A stretch of 64,000 nucleotides of DNA, taken from an uncultured Chroococcidiopsis sp. (GTDB taxonomy: Bacteria; Cyanobacteriota; Cyanobacteriia; Cyanobacteriales; Chroococcidiopsidaceae). The translations under genes and the position numbers were made by a program. Below the pieces are notes generated by a model. The model had not been told where the DNA came from, searched no databases, and worked only from the letters and a program-made list of their open reading frames with translations. The stretch covers positions 160,001-224,000 of the forward strand of contig CAXTYC010000001.1 in assembly GCA_964248365.1 (NCBI GenBank), written 5' to 3'. Shown here one piece after another: positions 39,437 to 48,764 of the stretch. Each line of letters begins with the position of its first letter. Positions within the stretch are counted from its first letter, which is position 1.

Positions 39437-40774
39437 ATGTCCCCTAAGTACGACTCCCATTTAAAATGTTCCTTTTGCGGCAAATCGCAAGAGCAGGTGC
39501 GGAAATTGATTGCCGGACCGGGAGTGTACATCTGCGATGAGTGTGTTGATTTGTGTAACGAAATTTTGGACGAGGAATTACTCGAAACAAACAGTGCTGC
39601 ACAGGTGCAGCAACCTCGTCCAGAACCTCCTCAAAAGCGGCGCAATCGTTCTAGCATCTCGTTAAATCAAATCCCCAAACCGCGAGAGATTAAAGAGCAT
39701 CTAGACGAACACGTCATCGGTCAAGACGAGGCGAAAAAAGTCCTCTCAGTGGCGGTGTATAACCACTACAAGCGGCTGAGCTTAGTACAAGCAAAAAGTA
39801 GTAAAACTGGGTCGGATGATGCAGTAGAGCTACAAAAATCCAACATTCTCTTGATTGGACCAACAGGGTGCGGTAAAACTTTGCTAGCGCAAACTTTGGC
39901 GAAAATTTTGGATGTGCCGTTTGCTGTTGCTGATGCCACTACACTAACCGAAGCAGGTTATGTCGGCGAAGATGTAGAGAATATATTGCTCAGGTTGCTT
40001 CAAGTAGCTGACTTGGATGTGGAAGAAGCCCAACGCGGTATTATCTACATTGACGAAATTGACAAAATTGCTCGTAAGAGCGAAAATCCTTCGATTACCA
40101 GAGATGTGTCTGGAGAGGGCGTACAGCAAGCTCTGCTGAAAATGTTGGAGGGAACGATCGCCAACGTACCACCCCAAGGAGGGCGCAAGCATCCCTACCA
40201 AGATTGTATTCAAATCGATACCAGCAACATCCTGTTTATCTGTGGTGGAGCTTTCGTCGGTCTGGAGAAGGTGGTAGAGCAGAGAATTGGCAAAAAGTCA
40301 ATAGGCTTTATTCAGCCAGGAGAAGGGCAGTCGAAAGAAAAACGGGCAGCAGATATTCTCCAGAGTTTGGAGCCGGACGACTTAGTGAAGTTTGGCATGA
40401 TTCCAGAATTCATTGGGCGCATACCAATGGTAGCCGTTGTAGATCCATTGGATGAAGAAGCACTAATGGCAATTTTGACCCAGCCTCGCAGTGCCTTAGT
40501 CAAGCAGTATCAGAAGCTGCTGAAAATGGATAACGTGCAGCTGGAGTTTAAGCCAGAAGCTCTCAAAGCGATCGCTGGGGAAGCCTATCGGCGCAAAACT
40601 GGTGCTAGAGCCTTGCGGGGAATTGTCGAAGAACTGATGCTGGAAGTGATGTATGAGTTGCCCTCGCGTAAGGATGTGACTCGCTGCACAGTGACACGCG
40701 AGATGGTAGAAAAACGCTCAACAGCCGAGCTGCTAATCCATCCCTCCTCAATTCCCAAGCCAGAAACAGCCTAA
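39437..40774 (+). CDS. clpX: ATP-dependent Clp protease ATP-binding subunit ClpX
   Basis: CSFCGK...ICDEC zinc finger, GPTGCGKT Walker A, IDEIDK, RKHP, IGF loop. Confidence 0.98.
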   Translation: MSPKYDSHLKCSFCGKSQEQVRKLIAGPGVYICDECVDLCNEILDEELLETNSAAQVQQPRPEPPQKRRNRSSISLNQIPKPREIKEHLDEHVIGQDEAKKVLSVAVYNHYKRLSLVQAKSSKTGSDDAVELQKSNILLIGPTGCGKTLLAQTLAKILDVPFAVADATTLTEAGYVGEDVENILLRLLQVADLDVEEAQRGIIYIDEIDKIARKSENPSITRDVSGEGVQQALLKMLEGTIANVPPQGGRKHPYQDCIQIDTSNILFICGGAFVGLEKVVEQRIGKKSIGFIQPGEGQSKEKRAADILQSLEPDDLVKFGMIPEFIGRIPMVAVVDPLDEEALMAILTQPRSALVKQYQKLLKMDNVQLEFKPEALKAIAGEAYRRKTGARALRGIVEELMLEVMYELPSRKDVTRCTVTREMVEKRSTAELLIHPSSIPKPETA

Positions 40775-40989
40775 AAAGGGACTAGGGGCTAGGGGCTAGG
40801 GGCTAGGGGCGCGCGTGAGGGCAGGGGGGCAGAGTTGCCCAGGGGCAGAGGGGAAATTACCTTTTACCTTTACCCTTAACCCTTTTCCCTTTCACCAACT
40901 ACCAATTACCAACTACCAATTCTTCATACTACCCTTCACAGAACGCTACACTTCGTGAACGCGTACATACTTCACACTTCAGCCTTCAG

Positions 40990-41886
40990 ATGTCTTACAT
41001 TTCAGTTCGTGGAGTTGAGCATTATTACCACTGGATTAGAACACCAGAGACTGGTGTAAATAAGCCAGTCATGGTGTTCATTCACGGCTGGGCTGGTTCA
41101 GCGAGGTATTGGGAAAGCACGGCGAGGGCGCTTTGTGAGCAATTTGATTGTTTGTTATACGATTTGCGGGGGTTTGGACGCTCAAAAGGCAAACCCTCCT
41201 TGCCTGAAGCAAGCAAAGATGTGGCACAAGCCGAATCAGAGCAAGAACAATCAGCAGCTATAGCAGAGTTGACTTATGAGCTAGAGGAGTATGCCCAAGA
41301 CTTAGCAGCCTTGCTCGACGCTTTGAAGATAGGGAAAGTTTACATTAATGCCCACTCGACAGGAGCGTCTATTGCTACGTTTTTTTTGAATCTCTATCCC
41401 CAGAGGGTAGAAAAAGCGATTCTCACCTGTAGTGGTATTTTTGAGTATGACGAAAAAGCATTTGCAGCCTTTCATAAATTTGGTGGCTATGTAGTCAAAT
41501 TTCGTCCCAAATGGTTAGGGAAAATTCCCTTTGTTGACCAAATGTTTATGGCGCGATTTTTACATCGTTCCATACCAAAACGCGATCGCCATGCATTTCT
41601 AGATGATTTTTTAATGGCAGATTACGATGCTGCTTTAGGCACTATTTTTACTTCGGTGAGTAAGAAAGCATCTGAAGTAATGCCACAGGAGTTTACTAAG
41701 CTGAGTGTGGCTACTTTATTGGTGGCTGGAGAGTACGACAAGATTATTCCAGCCGAGATGGGTCGTCAGGCAGCCGCATTGAATGATAAAGTTAAGTTTG
41801 TGATGATTCCGAATACGGCTCACTTCCCGATGCTGGAAGATCCTGTTACTTATTTGCAGCAGGTGCGAGAGTTTTTGCAGAACTAG
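40990..41886 (+). CDS. Alpha/beta fold hydrolase
   Basis: VFIHGWAGS, YDLRGFGRS, AHSTG nucleophile elbow, AHFPMLE. Confidence 0.88.
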   Translation: MSYISVRGVEHYYHWIRTPETGVNKPVMVFIHGWAGSARYWESTARALCEQFDCLLYDLRGFGRSKGKPSLPEASKDVAQAESEQEQSAAIAELTYELEEYAQDLAALLDALKIGKVYINAHSTGASIATFFLNLYPQRVEKAILTCSGIFEYDEKAFAAFHKFGGYVVKFRPKWLGKIPFVDQMFMARFLHRSIPKRDRHAFLDDFLMADYDAALGTIFTSVSKKASEVMPQEFTKLSVATLLVAGEYDKIIPAEMGRQAAALNDKVKFVMIPNTAHFPMLEDPVTYLQQVREFLQN

Positions 41887-42005
41887 GGGCTAGGGGCGAG
41901 AGAAGTATGAAGTATGAAATTTCAAACTTCAGCCTTTATCCTTCAACCTTTTCCTTTCCCCTTTACCCTTTTCCCTTTTACCCTTTCCCTTTCACCATTC
42001 ATGAT

Positions 42006-42989
42006 TTAATCTAAGCCCAGTTCGTGTTTAAGCGAATTAATTGCATTGGTGGCAATGAAATTTTCACAGCTAACTAGTTGAGGCGGACGAATAATGTTGT
42101 CTCTTGCTGCTTGTAAAGCAGCTTTGAGTGTAGCAAAACTTGCGCGATCGCTGATAATTAAATGAGCGCTCTTAACTACAGCATTTAGTTTGTAAGTGTC
42201 TGAGGATTGAGCCGTTCTTACTAGTAGATCATTTCCCCGCAGGCTGTAGATGATCACTTCTGCTGCTCTGAGTAAACCAGAACTCAGGCTAACAATGCCT
42301 ACACAGTTGCCTTGTGGTAGTTTTTTTAGCAGTTGAATTTCTTTGGAGTAGTCGTAGACATCAACAGGGATAACGCGGACAGATTTCGGCGTTGCGATCG
42401 CTTCGGCTACCCCTAGAAAATAGCGACTTGTCACTACGGTGGCAGATGGTGTTTGCTCTAGCACATGGGCTAATTCCTCTAACGGTACTAACTGCACTGG
42501 TACACCTAATGATTGCTCCAGTTCATCAACCATTAACTTACCAGCACCAATATCCTCAACCGGAACTGTAACTATTACCTGAGCGCTAGAGCGTAACCGC
42601 CAGTCAATTTCCGCTAAAAATAGCTCTCTGGCTTGGTTGAGTGAGCAACCTTCTTTGAGCAACTCATCCAAGCTTTGTTGCACAATTTTTTCAGCTTGCG
42701 GATATTTTTCCAGAATTGGGTTGTGAGGTCGAGTAACATCGTTGTAAGCTTGAGCGCGGACGTAGATACCGGAACCTGCAAGGCTTTCTACAAATCCGTC
42801 TTCTTCTAGCTGGCGGTATACCTTGCTAATCGTATTACGGTGCAAACCAGTCTGAATCGCCAACGCGCGGGTGCTGGGTAATCGGTGTCCTGGGGAAAAT
42901 TGGCGGGAGGCGATCGCATAGCGAATTTGATTCAACAATTGAGTTGAGGCGGGAATGTCACTATCTGCTTGAATATGAAATTGAACCAT
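42006..42989 (-). CDS. plmA: GntR-family transcriptional regulator, PlmA subfamily
   Basis: IPASTQL...RLPSTRALA...LHRNTISKVYRQLE HTH and cyanobacterial PlmA C-terminus; divergent from a dienelactone hydrolase as is usual for plmA. Confidence 0.85.
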   Translation of the reverse strand: MVQFHIQADSDIPASTQLLNQIRYAIASRQFSPGHRLPSTRALAIQTGLHRNTISKVYRQLEEDGFVESLAGSGIYVRAQAYNDVTRPHNPILEKYPQAEKIVQQSLDELLKEGCSLNQARELFLAEIDWRLRSSAQVIVTVPVEDIGAGKLMVDELEQSLGVPVQLVPLEELAHVLEQTPSATVVTSRYFLGVAEAIATPKSVRVIPVDVYDYSKEIQLLKKLPQGNCVGIVSLSSGLLRAAEVIIYSLRGNDLLVRTAQSSDTYKLNAVVKSAHLIISDRASFATLKAALQAARDNIIRPPQLVSCENFIATNAINSLKHELGLD

Positions 42990-43144
42990 TACTAAAACTC
43001 CAAGGCAATCCTAGAAACCGATGAATAAAACAATCACTTAACAATGAAATTAAATGCTATATGAGAAATCTGGCAGTATTGATAATTTGATGGTGTGTGT
43101 TAACAATAAATTCCACAATAAGGGCAATACAGAGCAAAATTATT

Positions 43145-43891
43145 ATGACTGAACACGAGATTGATACCAAATGGGTTAAAGTTCCCAATGGCGATTTGGA
43201 AATTGATGCTTACCTAGCAACACCCACAGCTGCTGGAACTTACCTTTGTATTGTGGTAGTGCAGGAAATTTTTGGTGTCAACGCCCACATTCGGGATGTT
43301 ACCGAACGAATAGCAAAAGAAGGATATGTAGCGATCGCACCAGCGATCTATCAACGTATCGCCCCCCATTTTGAAACTGGCTATACACCCCAAGACATTG
43401 AAACTGGGAAAAACTACAAGCAACAAACTAAAGCAACAGAGCTATTAAGCGATATTGGGGCTACGATTAACTATCTCAAAAATCTGCCCCAGGTTAAAAA
43501 AGATGCATTTGGTTGTATCGGCTTCTGCTTTGGTGGTCACGTTGCTTACCTGGCTGCAACTTTACCAGATATAAAAGCAACCGCTTCTTTCTATGGTGCT
43601 GGTATTACCACAGAGACACCAGGGGGCGGATCTCCCACCATCACTAGGACACCAGAAATCAAGGGTACTATCTACGCCTTCTTTGGCATGAAAGATCCTA
43701 GCATCCCCGCTCAACAGGTAGATCAGATTGAAGCAGAGCTAGAAAAGTACCACATACCCCATCGCCTCTTTCGTTATGATGGAGCAGATCATGGTTTTTT
43801 TTGCGATCAGCGTGCAAGTTATAATCCTGAAGCTGCTGGTGATGCTTGGGAGCAAGTTAAACAGCTATTTGAAGTAATTCGTAATTCGTGA
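43145..43891 (+). CDS. Dienelactone hydrolase family protein
   Basis: VVQEIFGVN, GFCFGG, ASFYG, ADHGF; ATG at 43145. Confidence 0.9.
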   Translation: MTEHEIDTKWVKVPNGDLEIDAYLATPTAAGTYLCIVVVQEIFGVNAHIRDVTERIAKEGYVAIAPAIYQRIAPHFETGYTPQDIETGKNYKQQTKATELLSDIGATINYLKNLPQVKKDAFGCIGFCFGGHVAYLAATLPDIKATASFYGAGITTETPGGGSPTITRTPEIKGTIYAFFGMKDPSIPAQQVDQIEAELEKYHIPHRLFRYDGADHGFFCDQRASYNPEAAGDAWEQVKQLFEVIRNS

Positions 43892-44060
43892 GGAGTCAGG
43901 AGTCAGGAGTTGTGAAGACAGAAGACAGGAGACAGAAGTTAGAAGTTGTGAACTCGTGAATTTTAATTCTTCATCTCCCACTCTCCCCTGATTCCCACTC
44001 TCCCCTGATTCCCCCTCTCCCCTGATTCCCACTCTCCCCTGATTCCCCCTTTCCCCTTTT
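43890..44060. repeat. Composite STRR element (AGGAGTC)n-core-(CTCCCCTGATTCCC..)n
   Basis: Heptamer runs, TTAATTCTTCATCTCCC core, then four ~18-nt units; related copies near 22270, 26576, 30683 and 50790. Confidence 0.8.
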
Positions 44061-44092
44061 CCCCTTTAATTGCAACTGCATTTTTATTACTC

Positions 44093-45004
44093 ATGAAATC
44101 TGACTCTAAAATTTCTCAAGCCGCCGATACATCTTTTTCGATGGAGGATTTTGCCAAAGCACTGGAAAAACATGACTATCAGTTTCAGAAAGGGCAGATA
44201 GTACGCGGCAAAGTATTCCAATATGACAGTGATGGTGCGTTGGTAGATATTGGTGGCAAAAACGCTGCATTTTTGCCAATTAATGAAGTTTCATTGAAAC
44301 CAGTGGCAGATTTGTCTACCGTTCTACCTTTGCAGGAAGAACAGGACTTTGTGATTATTCGGGAACAGGATGCAGACGGACAGGTAACGCTTTCACGCCG
44401 CCAGCTAGAAATTCAGCAAATCTGGGAACGGCTGGCGCAAATGCAAGAAAATAATCAAGCGGTACAAGTGCGGGTAACTGGAGCGAATAAGGGTGGTGTG
44501 ACGGTAGATTTGCAAGGTTTACGAGGCTTCATTCCGCGATCGCACCTAGTTGAACGTGACAACTTAGAAGCGCTTAAAGGTCAAACTCTCACAGCAAGTT
44601 TTTTAGAAGTTAATCCCGATAGCAAAAAACTCGTACTCTCCAATCGCTTAGCAACTCGTTCTAGCAGCTTCAGCCAACTAGAAATCGGTCAGCTAGTCGA
44701 AGGCAAAGTTACTGGAATTCAGCCTTTTGGTATTTTCGTTGATTTAGATGGTGTTAACGGTTTGCTGCACATTAAGCAGGTGAGCCAAAATTACATTGAA
44801 TCTCTGCCCTCACTATTCCAAACAGGACAAGCAATCAAGGCTGTGATTATCGATTTGGATGAAGGCAAAGGACGCATTTCACTTTCTACGCGGGTGTTAG
44901 AAAATTACCCAGGTGAAATGCTAGAAAAAATGGATGAAGTAATGGCAAATGCGGAAGCTAGGGCAAATAAAGCCAAGAAAGCAGTGACTAATGAGCCAAC
45001 GTAG
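44093..45004 (+). CDS. rps1b: 30S ribosomal protein S1 homologue (Rps1b-type, three S1 domains)
   Basis: FSMEDFAKAL, VDIGGK, NKGGV...LRGFIPRSHL, GLLHIKQVS, RISLSTR. Confidence 0.85.
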   Translation: MKSDSKISQAADTSFSMEDFAKALEKHDYQFQKGQIVRGKVFQYDSDGALVDIGGKNAAFLPINEVSLKPVADLSTVLPLQEEQDFVIIREQDADGQVTLSRRQLEIQQIWERLAQMQENNQAVQVRVTGANKGGVTVDLQGLRGFIPRSHLVERDNLEALKGQTLTASFLEVNPDSKKLVLSNRLATRSSSFSQLEIGQLVEGKVTGIQPFGIFVDLDGVNGLLHIKQVSQNYIESLPSLFQTGQAIKAVIIDLDEGKGRISLSTRVLENYPGEMLEKMDEVMANAEARANKAKKAVTNEPT

Positions 45005-45015
45005 TCCGTTAAAAG

Positions 45016-45468
45016 CTAACAGCTAACAGCTAATTGCTTTTGACGATATCGCGATCGCAGTTTTTGCAACATATCTTCACCAAAAGCAAATTTGATTTCC
45101 CTAATCAATCTCCCCCAGTTGTGTAAAATCTCGACTGAGGGAGATTGGTGAAATTGATGGACAAAAAATTGTACCCAAAACGGTGGTGCTTGTCTTTTTT
45201 GTTGCTGGCGTTGTCTTTGTTTCCAACGTCGTCGCCACAAAGCAAAATCTTTATCCTTAGGTGGTGCTACTCCTAATATGGGGGGAAAGTCGGCATAACT
45301 CACAAACCGACTCACGCCCAAGCCGTGAACATAGACAATATTCGCCCAGCGTTCGACTGAATATATCTCGTCCACTGCTAGATTAAACATGATGGCGGCT
45401 GCTTGTTTGGAAACAAAACGAGCAAGTCGGTGCAGAGGGTTGGAGTTTCGTCGTAGTCTTGATACCAT
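45016..45468 (-). CDS. Conserved hypothetical protein divergent from the XRE pair
   Basis: RFVSKQAAA...ERWANIVYVHG...RFVSYADFPP; ATG at 45468 preceded by AGGAG. Confidence 0.7.
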   Translation of the reverse strand: MVSRLRRNSNPLHRLARFVSKQAAAIMFNLAVDEIYSVERWANIVYVHGLGVSRFVSYADFPPILGVAPPKDKDFALWRRRWKQRQRQQQKRQAPPFWVQFFVHQFHQSPSVEILHNWGRLIREIKFAFGEDMLQKLRSRYRQKQLAVSC

Positions 45469-45629
45469 AGAAAATAGCTCCTGTATTCTTGTATTACGGA
45501 GAAAATACATCCCATAATCTATGGGATATTTGTGAAATTAGCGATCGCTTTTCAGTTTCCTACGCCGAGGGCGATCGTTTTTTACAATATAATTATTAAA
45601 GACTAATATCAGTCATTTGTCAAATAAAT

Positions 45630-45842
45630 ATGGGCTTGATTAGGTTACGAATTCGAGAGTTCGCTGCCCAAAGGGGTTGGACTATTAAGGAAGTGTCTGA
45701 TCGCTCTGGTGTAGTGTACAGCACTCTCCGCACCTATGCGCGATCGCCAGGACTAGAAACAATTGACTTTACATCGCTGCACAAGTTAGCCCGTACATTT
45801 GATGTGATGATTGAAGATTTAGTAGAAATTGTAAAAGAGTAG
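45630..45842 (+). CDS. XRE/Cro-C1 helix-turn-helix regulator (copy 1)
   Basis: IREFAAQRGWTIKEVSDRSGVVYSTLRTY...LHKLARTFDVMIEDLVE. Confidence 0.9.
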   Translation: MGLIRLRIREFAAQRGWTIKEVSDRSGVVYSTLRTYARSPGLETIDFTSLHKLARTFDVMIEDLVEIVKE

Positions 45843-45934
45843 GCGATCGCCTTTGTGTTTCCTACGCCCTTCGGCGATCGCTTTTTAGGATATAAATATT
45901 AAGCGATTGAATTCAATCATTTGTCAATACGTAC

Positions 45935-46147
45935 ATGGGGCTGCTCCGGCTAAGAATTCGAGAATTCGCTGATAAAAAGGGTTGGACACTCAAGGATGTC
46001 GCCGATCGTTCTGGAGTTGCTTACAGTTCGGTCAGAGCTTATGCTCGGTCACCTGGGCTGGCAATGGTTGACTTCACATCTATCCAAAAGTTAGCCCAGA
46101 CGTTTGATGTGATGCTCGAAGAATTGGTTGAGGTAGTGGAAGAGTAG
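45935..46147 (+). CDS. XRE/Cro-C1 helix-turn-helix regulator (copy 2)
   Basis: IREFADKKGWTLKDVADRSGVAYSSVRAY...IQKLAQTFDVMLEELVE; same length as copy 1 and clearly paralogous. Confidence 0.9.
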   Translation: MGLLRLRIREFADKKGWTLKDVADRSGVAYSSVRAYARSPGLAMVDFTSIQKLAQTFDVMLEELVEVVEE

Positions 46148-46152
46148 GCGAT

Positions 46153-46176
46153 GCCTACGGCAAGTGCTTCGCCCTA
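46153..46176. mobile_element. 24-nt small dispersed repeat inserted into a HIP1 site
   Basis: GCGAT-[GCCTACGGCAAGTGCTTCGCCCTA]-CGC; the equivalent position after XRE copy 1 is intact GCGATCGC. Confidence 0.7.
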
Positions 46177-46522
46177 CGCGCTTAATATAAGTTTTGCGAT
46201 CGTAGCTACCTCTATTACAAACGGAAAACAGCAATTTCAAAGCGATCGATGGTTTAATTGAGTTTTGGCACTAATAGTTAGCGTATTTTTGGGACTACTG
46301 GTAGTCTGGAGTCGCATTGTACATAGTTAGTAACGACTTTGAGATGGGTACTTTAAGAACAAGTGTTGCTTAGAGTACCAACTAGCTATAACACAATTTA
46401 ACGTTCAGCAAATCTGCCATGCATAGGATTGCAATGACTTACGGGTAGACTCAGCAGCGTGAAGTGCTTTAAACAGGAGGAGATCTAGCAGCTAGACAAA
46501 ACCTGAATGCATTGATCTAACT

Positions 46523-46681
46523 ATGCCAACTTGGACTGTTTCGCCTACTAGAACCTTCCTCAACGAGTTGCTAAATTTACCCAAAAATGTTAGCAAAAAG
46601 GTTCCCCGAATTATCGAAATCTTGGAAAACGATCCTATCTCTGCCCAAGGGGATGATAGATCCCATATCTTTTTAACTTGA
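46523..46681 (+). pseudogene. Truncated RelE/ParE-like 5' gene fragment
   Basis: Manual translation MPTWTVSPTRTFLNELLNLPKNVSKKVPRIIEILENDPISAQGD, then runs into the antisense of the PemK gene and stops. Confidence 0.5.
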
Positions 46682-46962
46682 AAGGCATCTGCATCAGAAA
46701 TTCCCCCAATTCGCGCTATTAACAAAGATTTCTCTAGGCAGCCCAGTCGAGATAAATGCACGGTTGAAGCGACTTTCAGAGCGCTTGTTGCCCAATCATT
46801 CAAGGGTACATCAGTTTGTGTGCGTGGATTAGCTGATGTAACAACTGCTGCTACAATATCATTTCCATCTAACCAAAGTACGAGGATGGGACGCTTTTTA
46901 GAACCCATGCCGTTTGTGAATGGAATATCTGCTACCTAAAAGTCACCTGCTGGGATAGTCAT
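46655..46962 (-). pseudogene. PemK/MazF-family toxin with a nonsense codon and truncated 3' end
   Basis: MTIPAGDF*VADIPFTNGMGSKKRPILVL...AVVTS...DW...LKVASTV; TAG at 46936-46938; start overlaps the upstream gene's end. Confidence 0.75.
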
Positions 46963-47167
46963 CATAAAGTCCTTCGTCTTCTGGTTCATAACCATTCAAA
47001 AACCCATCGTGGCTACGGGTAACTACAGATTTTTGCTCTGTGAATGGCTCAATAGTAATTCTCCAGCGACCTGCACTAATACTGTTCACCAAAAAATCTG
47101 GCAAAGACAATTTCTCACCTGGAAGGATTTCAATTTCATAAGTTAGATTCATTAATTTGCTTTTCAT
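46943..47167 (-). CDS. Putative antitoxin partner of the PemK-like gene
   Basis: Small acidic protein (GFLNGYEPEDEGLYDDY) overlapping the toxin start; GGAGG RBS. Confidence 0.65.
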   Translation of the reverse strand: MKSKLMNLTYEIEILPGEKLSLPDFLVNSISAGRWRITIEPFTEQKSVVTRSHDGFLNGYEPEDEGLYDDYPSR

Positions 47168-47293
47168 TATTCCTCCTTTGATTTGCGAGAAGTATTTAAG
47201 TAACAATCAAGCAATCTTGTAAACCAACAATCTGCTAGATTCCTCCCTCATCTGCGATTTTCTTGGTGCGATCGCCTTTATTTGAGCATTTAT

Positions 47294-47494
47294 CTAATCT
47301 ACTTGATTCAATTTCTCTCTAAAAATTGCCTCTAGTTCTTCAGGTGACATATCGTAAGGGTAAGGGTAACGCTTGGCATTTGGGTTACGACGGTTGACAA
47401 ACAATTCTCGAATAGCTTCATCATCAGTTGGATGACTTCTGATATACTTCTTCAGATCAGAACGACTCATCTGTTGAAAATTCGGTATGCTCAT
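47294..47494 (-). CDS. DUF6887-like small protein
   Basis: PNFQQMSRSDLKKYIRSHPTDDEA pattern; coupled to the upstream DUF6888-like gene. Confidence 0.7.
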   Translation of the reverse strand: MSIPNFQQMSRSDLKKYIRSHPTDDEAIRELFVNRRNPNAKRYPYPYDMSPEELEAIFREKLNQVD

Positions 47495-47672
47495 CGTTAA
47501 ACTCCCAGTTACCGTCTTCAAAAACAATTACTTCAATGCTCTCTTGAAAACGAGCTATTATATACACCTGCTTTGTTAGTGTGTCATAGCGGAACAGATG
47601 AATAGACTGTAATAGATTTGATAGCATTTGGCATACAAATATAGAAGCAAACACTTGTTTTTCTATTGGCAA
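47457..47672 (-). CDS. DUF6888-like small protein
   Basis: CQMLSNLLQSIHLFRYD...VYIIA...IEVIVFEDGNWEF pattern. Confidence 0.7.
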   Translation of the reverse strand: MPIEKQVFASIFVCQMLSNLLQSIHLFRYDTLTKQVYIIARFQESIEVIVFEDGNWEFNDEHTEFSTDESF

Positions 47673-47787
47673 ATAAACACTCCTGTCCAGAAATTAGCTC
47701 CCAATGCCCTCTGTTCCAATATATTAGGCTAAGCCTTACACATTCCTCCCTTATCTGCTATTTTATTGGTGTGATCGCTCTTTTCAC

Positions 47788-48657
47788 CTATGCTAAAATC
47801 TGCGAAATCATTCGGTTTGCTTGCGACTCGTAGCTACCACCAAATAAGTTGAAGTGATTCAAGATGTGGTAGAGATTGTAAAGTGTTTTCCGCTTTTCGT
47901 AACCACAATCTAATGGGAATACTTCGTTATATCCACGATAAAAAGCAGCAGGGAAACCACCGAATAATTCTGTCATAGCAACATCGACTTCGCGATCGCC
48001 AAAATAAGTTGCAGGATCAAAAATTACTGGTTCCCCACTAGCGGTAAAAGCCGCATTACCACCCCATAAATCCCCGTGTACCAACGAAGGCTGAGGGTGG
48101 TGATCCCCCAGTAGCCCAGCAATAGCCGCTAGTAATTGTTCTTGCAAAGGGAAATGTCCTCCTCGCCTAATTGCAAGTTGAAATTGGTAGGCGAGGCGGT
48201 GTTGAGCGTAGAATTCTGCCCAATCTGCTGTCCAAGTGTTAATTTGTGGCGTGGAACCAATCGTATTATTTATGTCCCAGCCAAAACTACTACTAGTGTG
48301 CGAGTGCATCGCCGCCAGCCTTCGTCCCATTTCCTGCCAAGAAGAGTTACTCCCGCGTCCCATTTCTAGCCATTCCAAGACTATGTAGGCTGAGCCAGAT
48401 GCTGTACCCCAGCAAATCGGTTGGGGAACGCGGATAGATGCCGTTTGCAGCATTTGTTTTAAACCCAGCGCCTCAGCCTCAAACATGGCAACGCCAGATG
48501 CAGAGTTTAGCTTGACGAAGTAAGTGGAAGTACCATCAGTGACCGCATAGCCTTGATTGATACAACCTCCACTCACATCGCCACGCCTCTTTACAAAAAA
48601 CTCTGTTTCTGTAATTTTAGAAATATGCTGGGCGATTTGTGTCCACATTTTGAGCAA
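47788..48657 (-). CDS. Fructosamine kinase family protein
   Basis: VSGGCIN, YFVKLN, MFEAEALGL, PSLVHGDLWGGN, FDPATYFGDREVD. Confidence 0.92.
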   Translation of the reverse strand: MLKMWTQIAQHISKITETEFFVKRRGDVSGGCINQGYAVTDGTSTYFVKLNSASGVAMFEAEALGLKQMLQTASIRVPQPICWGTASGSAYIVLEWLEMGRGSNSSWQEMGRRLAAMHSHTSSSFGWDINNTIGSTPQINTWTADWAEFYAQHRLAYQFQLAIRRGGHFPLQEQLLAAIAGLLGDHHPQPSLVHGDLWGGNAAFTASGEPVIFDPATYFGDREVDVAMTELFGGFPAAFYRGYNEVFPLDCGYEKRKTLYNLYHILNHFNLFGGSYESQANRMISQILA

Positions 48658-48764
48658 TAAGCTATTAGCTATTAGTTATTAGCTTTTCTCATTGTCGCGC
48701 TTGGGTCAAGCAAAGTTTGTTAACCGACTGTGGAAACTTACAAATCAGCCTAAAAGCGATCGCG

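Noticed and set aside
46492..46908. Intact 138-aa PemK toxin as given in the ORF track
   Set aside because: Starts after a nonsense codon, and its C-terminus is antisense read-through of an unrelated fragment
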